DNA of 58,552 bases, counting the filler, from Sphacelaria rigidula (taxonomy: Eukaryota), in NCBI GenBank assembly GCA_964200075.2. It is 9 parts of 9 records of this genome, joined end to end, with 100 filler letters (N's around TTAATTAATTAA, not from the genome) between each part and the next. Parts side by side here need not be neighbours in the genome. Positions count along the whole stretch, not along the records: positions 45,621 to 52,036 come from CAXNAA020020197.1; positions 52,137 to 58,552 come from CAXNAA020020198.1; 7 more parts are not named here. One strand, given 5' to 3'. Positions 49,401 through 58,552 of this stretch are shown one piece after another. A program made the position numbers and the translations under genes. The number at the start of each line of letters is the position of its first letter. The stretch's first letter is position 1. The notes under the pieces are model-generated. The model was given only the letters and a program-made list of their open reading frames with translations. It ran no database searches and had not been told where the DNA came from.

Positions 49401-50964
49401 GTTCACACCTTTCTTTTGATCACAGTTACTCGTGCGTCATGAGCCTTTTGCGCCTGTATCACCCCACAGTTTCTTCGACCCCGCCATCGCACTCGAAGCA
49501 CCCTGCTTCCCCACGTAGTTATGCCTTGAAGCTTTCGCCGTAGGTGCTACCTCCTGGGAGGGCTACAGCAGTGCCGAGCTGAAGCACCACGTGTATGATT
49601 ATGGGAATTTCTTTCGGCGAGTACGATACGAAGATGGAGACTGGACACAGCCGTCTCGCTTGAAAGTTGAGCGCCCCAAGCTGGAACGGAGGAGCCAAAG
49701 ATAGACTGCAGCCATGGACGTGTACGAATGGCTGTTGTGTGATGTGGTATACGATATCATTGCGAGAGGAATACGGTTATAAAATAAGCAAGAAGAATTG
49801 TTGATACCGTAATCTTCAATGTGAACTGCGAGTGTGCCTGTTTTTGTTTCTCTTCTTTTTGTCGTTCCTTGGCCTCGTCTGGTTCCCATTTTGTAACATG
49901 CAAATACATTTATGAGCCAAGGCGCATGGGCTCTATTCTTCGTAGCATGAACATCAGTAGTTACAGGGAAGCACTTCCCAAAAGCTGCACTCCTGTAACT
50001 ACTGATGACTTCGTGGAAAGGTTGTTTTCAGCGAATCCAACGTAAGTTGGATGTGGTTAAAGCCCCGCACTACCCTGAAATTCAGTGTAACTGATCTAGG
50101 GTGTCGACGCGCGATCACGCTGACTAGCCGATCGTTCTCCAGTCTAACTGAGATCCCGGGAAAACGACAGCGACCGTATTTGTCTGCTGTTTCTGTCGTT
50201 GGAAGGGCGTTATAGATTTTTTTCCTTTCCTAACGAATGGAGTTTTCCCCTGCTTATCAGGGCTTACCTATTCATTAGATCTGCAACGAGTTTTCCCCTG
50301 TACTGTAATTTAGCAGGTTTTTCTCGTTTTACTTTCAGGCGTATGATGCACAGGCATTGTTTTTGTTCTGGCCCTTCCAGCCCTCCAATAAATTTGTGTA
50401 TAGCCATATAAATATGGCTAGGGGGATGTTACAGATTTATTGGTCATGTTCCAGTCGACTGGGTTCCATTTGTCATACTTTGTCATGCTTGGTACCTGAT
50501 GGGTCATACTACATTGTTTGATTGAATTGAGCTGCCTGCCCCCTTTGGGTCACAGCGTTTTGGACTATGCATCTCAACTAGCAAAGCACAAGTTAGCCTG
50601 TACGCCAATAATACAAGAGCATCTACGCCATCATGGACTGCTATCTCAGAGGATTCTCTGGTCTTCACAAATGTAAGCCTGACCTTCATGCAACACATGT
50701 TGTGCTGCAGCCTGCGCGGCTCATGGCATGACACCTGACCACTGGTGCGGTGGCTGACTTTACACTCGGTAATGTCGAACTCAATGGCTTCGATACTAAT
50801 GATTGTGTTTGGGCCTGCTAGCCCCGGTGCCCACTGAACTGGCATCTTCCTACCCAGGTGGTAAGTATCGTACCATGACACAAGTGTTCCGTTTCAAACA
50901 AAACGGAAAGTTCAAGTGACATGATGCTGTAGTACATCCTGTGCTTCGAGGAGAGCGATGTTAC

Positions 50965-51920
50965 TGGTGATGCTCGAGTGCGCTGAAGATTTTGCCTCTA
51001 GATGCTGGCTTCTCGATAGTGTATGCTTTCCTCGGGCTTGCTGGTGGAGTCACTCGGGGTCGTTCCTTCTTGAAAAAGAAGGTGATAATTTTCGCTCGTT
51101 GTGCTGATTGCCCTTGCTGATGGAGATATTCTGTACCGCGTCTCCTGCGGTCGGTGTTCGTGGGATGTTGAATAGCCCCGCTTTTTATGTAGGCAGGTGA
51201 AGTAGCTATCCCCTGCTGCAGTGCTGATTTACCAGTATTCTTGATGTCAAGCACTTCTCTGATGTACCCTTTCTCCTCTCGTGTTGTTGTATCTTTGATG
51301 CCGGAATTGCCCTGACATGCTATCTTGGGCTGCTGCTGCTGCTGTTGGTGCGACTGATGGGGCTGCCGCTGCCGCTGCTGCTGACGTCGGTGCGGCTGCT
51401 GGGGCTCCGGCGGCTGTTGCTGCTGATGTTTATGATGATGATGACGACGATGGTGATGGTGATGATCACGGTTCTTCTGCTGTGAAGTTGTCAGTCTTTT
51501 CGTTGTAGACGATGGGATAACGTTGGTTCCTGTACCCCTGTCGTAATTCCCGCGCCTACTGTTGTTTGCGGTTGCAGAGTTGACGCGCTTGTGCTTTTCA
51601 TGAAATTTCAAATTTCGTGTATTATCTGTACGGATGCATGCAGCTGTAGGCTTGACCCATGAAGATATATATGTTTACTGTAGCTTCGAGTCTTCCTCAT
51701 TTTCCCGGCTGAACGGCACACTGTTTTGACGTTTTTGCCGAATGCCATCGGAGGCGGTTCTGCGATCTTGACGGCTCCTGTTGATTTGATGTCCGGTGGA
51801 GACGCTGTGGCTGACAATGCTGTGCCCATCCCTATACATTCTCCGGATACTACCTTAGTCGTGAGTGCTGGCTCGATCCTTTTGTTCAAGGTTTTCGAAG
51901 TTTGAATAACCGGCATACTC
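50965..51920 (-). CDS. Possible low-complexity (His/Gln-rich) exon(s) of an unknown protein
   Basis: 216-aa and 112-aa ORFs can be joined in phase by a short GT-AG intron (51678-51626); no domain recognised. Confidence 0.35.
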
Positions 51921-52136
51921 ATGTATAGTGTAACGTTCCACCACAAACAGAGTGGAATCGTTATTGAGGTTAAAACTTTTTATGAGGTTCAACGGACCAT
52001 CGAAATTCCATATTTTTTGTTCAAAATGCTCGGGACNNNNNNNNNNNNNNNNNNNNNNNNNNNNNNNNNNNNNNNNNNNNTTAATTAATTAANNNNNNNN
52101 NNNNNNNNNNNNNNNNNNNNNNNNNNNNNNNNNNNN

Positions 52137-52211
52137 GCTCCGGGAATCGAACCCCGCTACTTAACCATCAGAAGGTTACGAGGTTACCAACTGAGCCACC
52201 GGGGTGACCGG
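52137..52211 (-). mobile_element. SINE family A head truncated by contig start
   Basis: Reverse complement CCCCGGTGGCTCAGTTGGTAACCTCG...GGTTCGATTCCCG. Confidence 0.8.
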
Positions 52212-52451
52212 TGTCAGTGCACGGAACAAATCACAACACACTTGCCGGGCCCAAAGTCAGACCCGTCTGGTGTCTGGGGCAGTACACACAGAAACAAGTG
52301 CGAGCAGCAGCAGCTCGTAACGAACAAGGAGTACCCTCTCTGGAAGATCGCTTGCCGATGATGACATGTGGATACAGCTGACCCTTGCCACGGATTAGCA
52401 CACCTCACTGCTACGCGTACGGCTGTTCCACAGCAGTCTTGTTCCACACAC

Positions 52452-52488
<37 letters not shown>

Positions 52489-55400
52489 CAGTAGCAGCAG
52501 TGAAGACGCAGTTTCAAAACAGAGCTCTACAGTGAATGACGAAGTTGACAAATCAATGTAAAATTGTTCCGTGAGTTTGAGCGAAACGCATTGTGCAGGA
52601 ATTCGCCCTGACGGAGTCTGTATTGCTTTTTCCAGCTTCGCCTTTCAGAACAGAGGGCAACTTTGAAATTGTGTGTCAACAGCAGCACTGCATCTGTACG
52701 AATTTTACGGTGTCGCCCAGGAGGATATGGATTCATTACATACAGCACAGAACAGCTGGACATTTTCGCCCACAGCCACCGATGTGGGAAGCACGAGGAG
52801 GTTCTGGCACCACAGCAGAATACTGAGGGTTGCAAGGGGTTTGAACATTTGAAGAATAGATAGATGGGCCTTGTCAGCCGTTGTCCTTGTATACACGTGT
52901 TGACAGGTAGGTTATCGCCACGTTTTGGCAGCGCACTTCAGTGAACTCTAGGATAGGATGAATGTTAAGTTCTGATGAGTTTATCTGTAGTATAAATGAG
53001 CTGCACAACCCCCACGAAATCCACACTCATACCGAGCTGCTGCTGAAAAACAAAAATCGAGAATCGAACAGTCTTCGCACTCGATTATTTGGCCACTGTT
53101 TTTTTTTTATCGAAGCTTCATGAATCAGGAAATTTAGCCACAAGCTGATAGCCATGTAAAGGGAATGGAAACAGTGTTGCTCAGCTCTTCCATGATAAGG
53201 CACCAAAACTTGGCCCGATTTTCGGTCTCTCTGCAGCAGGCCCCTTGCGTAATTGTATCCCTCCTCCTCCTCATGCCCCTCCTCCTCCTCCTCCTCCTCC
53301 TCCTCGGGGTGAGTCCGTTGTCTCAAAAGATCGACTCTCGTCTTTCCCGGTGATTTCCACTTGCGTTTCGCGTTACGTTGTCCAGCTTCAGATCAGCACT
53401 TGCACATCTCATCGACTGTTATCGGGTTGCACTTGTGCTCACGGTGAAGGGTTTAGGGTACCCCCGGCGGAGAAAGCCCATGCTCCAAGATATACCACCA
53501 AATATCTACACTGACTTTTGGTATACGGTGAAACTACACATTCCCCTTCGCTCCCTGGTGTACCTAACATTGATGCAGGCTGCGCACGAGTGCCCCACGC
53601 CGGCCGTACGTTGCTTGAGCGATGCGCTGGCGTTTTAACTCTACATGGTGTGCGCGTTCGACAAGCATACAATTTAGCTAGCGCGAGGTTAGCGCACCGC
53701 ATGGCTGGTCTGGGCATTCGCGCTCGACGAATTTCAATGGCACACAAGAAACTGTTTCCAGTGCTCCTGTAGCAGCGAGCGCGTTTTCCGCGACCAGTTG
53801 GAGACAAAGCTGTTCTAGTTCGATTTCTCGAGCCCCACATCCCTTCAAAAACCGATCCTCCTTTCTAGTGAGAGCACGTTGCGAATCATCATGCTGCTGG
53901 TGCTCTCTCTGACGATATTTCGCGCTCTGCGACGTGTGCATGTCTGAACAGAAAGCCCATGTCCTCGACCGGCCGCATTGCTGATCAAACAAATGTCGTT
54001 TCGATGCGATGATGAGAGTGCCTCGAGTAGCCACCGCTCGACCCACATATTTCAATCGTACCCTGAGTACCCCAAAGCTACCCGCTATCTAACAGCGGTG
54101 CTTCCCCATCCGCTGTGCCTATAAAATTTCGCGAATTGCTCGCGATTGCGATCTTCAACGTGGCGTGGATGATGACGATGCGGATGGTGTTGTTAACGAT
54201 GGCGATGACCGTGACAACGTTGATGCAGAATGGAGATGCCGCCACCATGCCAGGAACCCACGAAGATCTTCGCACAGCCCTTCGGACGGTTAATCTCCGA
54301 AAATGGTTGCCGGAGCTGCTGTGCAGAGACGGCGGCGGCCACAGCGGCGAAGGATCCTGCAACACATTGGTGGAGACAGCTCTTTCACATGTCGCGGAAC
54401 CGACAGCTGCCGTCACCGTGTTCGGGGCGACTTCATCGGTAACAGTGACGTGGGTATAGGGTGTACTGGGCAGATGTCTTCATGCTTGCGTTTCGTTGAT
54501 GATCTATATGAAGGCCACAAACACGTGCTTTACTATAAACGATGGGAGGCTGAGGACGTTCATGAAAGAAGGAGGAGAGTACACAGCTTCTGCACGCCTT
54601 ATCGAATACAATTCGCCACAATTCTTCGACAGGGTGGAGTGCTGCTCGCTGTGTTTTCTTCCAAGAAAAAATAGAAGGGAGGGGGGGGGGTGGGGGGGGC
54701 GACAATTAAACGCGCTACCTCGTAGTTAACGAGAGAAAGTGGAACATTTCCGGGGGAAATCATGGCGCAGGGCGACGACACGAATTGCAAGGTACCTCAT
54801 ACTGTAAGTATGTGGCGCCGCAGTAGCGACATCGTCACGCCGCTTTGAATTACGTTTGGGAAAGCACTCTGTTTGTTCTCTGACTTGTAGTTTTTATTTT
54901 TGTCCTTCCTCAAGTTTCCTTCGGCGAGTGTTTCTGCTCCTTGACCTAGGTGTACCCACTTTGTATTCGCGGGTGGGTTCGCAGCGGGTCATTGCATGTA
55001 CGCGACAGTCGATCGATCCACTAACCCACTAATCAGTGAATCACCTACAATACCATTCAGTGCCCTTCTAAGATCACAAAAACAGAGCGCGAGCTCTACT
55101 TGTCCGGTTCTGCAGAGGATTACTCACCTAGTCTGTAATGCGGATTCCTTGGGTCTAAGCACTTTCCGTTCTTCGATTATGTAAGTGGGGTATATATATA
55201 TATATATATATATATGATTTCCCTATACTACTTATTCTCTGATGCCACGTAGGCAGGCCCTTCCATTGTGTTGGAGGTGACACGGTCTTCATGCCAATCC
55301 CTTGTTACAGGGTGGACCAACTATTTGACCCCGAAAGATACCTCCGGCGTAAATAGGAATAACACTGGCAAATAATGACAGAATAAGTCAGTCTGGGGTG

Positions 55401-56449
55401 CGCCGTGGGCGTTGATCAGTCCTGCAGGCACTGTCATTATTTCAAACTATCATGTAACACCATTTGAGGCCTGGTGGCGGCACCCGTTGGTGGTGGTTCC
55501 GTACGGACATAAAAAATACTCCAACACGTGCGTCGATTACGCTGAAGATCATGGCTTGCGTGTTTCATTAAATGGAATCTGGGTCCAGAAAAACACAAAA
55601 GACGTAGACGTGGCCTTCCAACTGTCCATGTACGCCTTTCCTCGCCGTGCCTTAAATCTCAAATGTCGCGTGAGGAATTGCCGAAGACACGCTTCTGAGT
55701 CAAGTGCTGCCTGACCTCGTTTTTTCAATTTGGCAAAGGTGGTCGAAACGATACACAGTTGATAGCTTATGCCTGTTCGATGCGCGATACACGGAGAGCG
55801 AAACGGACAACCGAATACAGGCCGTGAAGCAACTACCTCAAGGTCGACTATCAACCTTGATGTCCGTAAAAGGTACGAGCTAAGCACATTTGGTGACCAG
55901 TGCATGTTCCGTCTCCAAATATCTGTTCTCGAACATCATCTCCGCAGGGCTGCGATGGGCGATGTACCGTGGATGCAGGTATTGGAAGAATGTCAAGCGC
56001 ACCTCGACCAGCTCCAACCCTACGAGTGCGGGCCCATGGGTACTGTGATGGCAATCGAGCGCGGCACAAAGCAGATTCTACCGGCCTTGAGGTGTGCACT
56101 GAAAACGACCCGATTCCTGTGCGGGAGAGCACACCTAACCCGCAGGTCACATCGAACTGTACGTATGTCCTACAACCTACTCTGGGACATTTTGACCCTT
56201 GAAGCCTCAACGCACACCTCCGACAATTGTAACAGCCACCTGCTGCTCCTTCGACATCCGAGATCTCGTGTCCGTCCCCAAAAGCCCACTACTGGTTTAT
56301 CTGCTGCCGGGTGCCTCTCGTCCATCCCGGCGGAGCAGATCCACGCATTCCCTGTTGAACTGTCGTACTCCCCGTCGTTCTAGACTGGATTTCTTCATGG
56401 CCAATCGCACCTTACACGCTTACTGTTCATTTTGTCGGGCACATTGCAG

Positions 56450-57494
56450 GTTTATCCAGAAGGAGCAGCAGCAGCAGCATCAGCATCATCAGCAGCAGCA
56501 GCAGCAAAGAGTGCCATCATCATCAGTTACTGCTGCGATGGGTTCATATCCTGGGAGCAGCGCTGCATATGGTGACAATGACAGCAACAGCAACATCAAC
56601 AACAACATGGACGAAAATCGTACTCGGCAAGACGAGAATAATAGCAACAGTAATGGTTCTTCGCCAGGAAGCAGCACCCGGCCCATTCCTCCTCCTCCCG
56701 TTGCTGATGTCGCTGGGACTTTGACACAACGTGTGACGAAACTTCTCGACATGCTGGAACCCCCGAACGATTTCCCCTCGCTACGCGTGGAAAACCCCAA
56801 GGTTGGGACCCGTCTCCTCGGAGATGTCGTACCGGTTGTCGCTCACGTGGGTCTTGGAACTGCGATTGAAGCACGGCTTGCTGAGGGCGAGCAGGAGCAA
56901 CGTAAGCACAACAACAACGACAACGACGACGGCAACAACAAGGACAGCAACGGCGATGACAATATTCTTACACAATTGAACGAAGCCAATGCGCAGATCA
57001 AAGCAACACCGACGACATCGACAGCAACCCCAACAGCCAATCATAAACACCATACTACGACAAGCACGGCCAGAACAACTCCACTCTCAGGCGGACCGCC
57101 ACTCAGCTATTGCGAAGTTCATATTTTCATCGACGACGCCCTCGCGCACACCATTCCCGTCAGCAGAACTGCACACTCCCCGCCCCCGCCATCATCATTC
57201 CCAGAATCGGAGGCCGCCGATAATGGTAATGGCGGCAACGATGGAGTTGGCCGTGCTGCTGGTAGAAGCGACGATAGCGACGGCGGCGGGGGCAACGGCG
57301 ATCCCGCCGACAATGCGGGAATATCTTTTTTTACGAAACCGCTACTAGCGGTGTTTCCTCCCGAGTACCAGCCGCGGTGTAGCGAAAGCCCCACTCAATC
57401 AGACTGGGACAGAGATGTGAGCGTCAGGGCCTCCAGTGCGGGTGGCGTGGCCGCGGTCAAGGCACAGACGGCATGGTGGGACCAAAACAGCGAG
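56450..57494 (+). CDS. Large internal exon of an unknown protein with Gln/Asn/Thr-rich inserts and a possible Ig-like beta segment
   Basis: Lies within a 437-codon open frame; TGCAG|G acceptor at 56449; structured-looking blocks LRVENPKVGTRLLGDVVPVVAHV and CEVHIFIDDALAHTIPV; putative GAG|GCGAGT donor. Confidence 0.65.
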
Positions 57495-57549
57495 GCGAGT
57501 GCTCTTGTGTGATGTATAGACAGGGGTCGTACGGAATGGGGCTAGACGG

Positions 57550-57654
57550 ACGGGGGGGGGGGGGGGGGGGGGGGGAAAGAGTCCGGGGGGGGGGGGTTGG
57601 GACGGGGGGCGCTCGGGGTTGTGGGGGGGGTTTTCCCCTGGGTTTTGTCNNNNN

Positions 57655-57728
<74 letters not shown>
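57550..57728. repeat. Poly-G tract with a 5-N gap (low-quality assembly)
   Basis: Direct reading. Confidence 0.9.
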
Positions 57729-57729
<1 letters not shown>

Positions 57730-58552
57730 AAGGGAAAGTATCCGCAGTGTTGGGGATTCAACGCGGTGACCTCGTGATTCTAGGCGTGATTCCACTCATG
57801 CGTTATCCCGTATGTGAGCTATGACCCCGCTCAAACCTTGTTCTACGTCTGAACTGCAACGAATCAAGAACTCGTATGTGTGGAGCAAGTTCTGAAGAAC
57901 ACTACTCGCGTGGAATCTGTCTCTCGCCCCACTTTCGTGGTCTCCAGAGTAGTGGAGAAAAGAAGCACGTCTGGAGCGAAACCGGGAACACCCCGAAGTA
58001 GATCATGTGGATCAACCTTTGGTATTTTGGTGCCATCTAGCGTATTCGTTTCTCTGCTTCAACGTGTCACACGCCAACATGGCTATATTCACGCAAACAT
58101 TGGCACGGTGCCCGGACAGCGGAGTGGTACACGTGTGAACTCAAGAGAAGCAGTTTGTCGCCGGCATCGGTTATACCGAGAGCACCGACACCTTCAGGCA
58201 GGGAAAGACAAGCACATCCAGGAGAGAGTGTTGAAAGGCAGCAGCGCTGTTAGACCGATGCGTATCATGTTGCGCAGAAAATGCGAACCGCTTGGAAGCG
58301 GCGCTTGTGTGGCCGAAATATGGAGAAAGTTTTAAGGGTTGTCGAGAGACGCTAGAAAGTTGAAGAAGGGAGTTACCGAGGTGCGGAACCATATCCGATA
58401 GATTCGAGGCAGATACTCGTGCATCCGCTTAGGGAGCGGAAGAAATGATCACCTGCAAACTCCCGCTATCCCCCCCCCCCCCGCCTCCCCTGGCTTCGGG
58501 CCGAACAATCTTAGCAGGATGCAGCTCACCCTTCATGCGACTCGCCGATAAC

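Noticed and set aside
6419..52136. Regular ~6.5-kb periodicity with TTAATTAATTAA motifs
   Set aside because: Artificial linkers between length-sorted contigs; not biological, and no synteny can be inferred across them.
57399..57795. Poly-Pro/poly-Gly ORFs
   Set aside because: Translations of a poly-G tract containing Ns.

Overview
Eukaryotic, repeat-rich draft genome sequence. Intron-rich genes, the LINE/SINE types and the composition fit a stramenopile, probably a brown alga (inference). The window is not one locus: it is nine unlinked contigs of 6416-6418 bp joined by artificial 100-nt spacers (44 N + TTAATTAATTAA + 44 N), so nothing can be inferred across gaps. Host gene fragments: two BMS1 exons (13758-16730), three exons of an SNase/thermonuclease-like gene (19936-23306), nine phase-consistent exons of a PPR gene with a GC-AG intron (33940-38718), and several unassigned exons. 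The rest is mostly non-autonomous transposons. The most notable structures are: (i) a nest of CACAC...GTGTG elements with 8-bp TSDs, a shared AA-N3-TT target and 42-bp palindromic arrays (28572-32048, with a relative at 15528-16032); (ii) a tRNA-derived SINE with a twin-priming-type 5' inversion (42137-42450); (iii) degenerate intronic copies of the BMS1 exon end and donor site (14355-15160); (iv) several MITEs (Sola-like, piggyBac-like, MULE-like foldback, Stowaway-like), two supported by an empty site inside the window. No CRISPR array, prokaryotic system or intact transposase was found.
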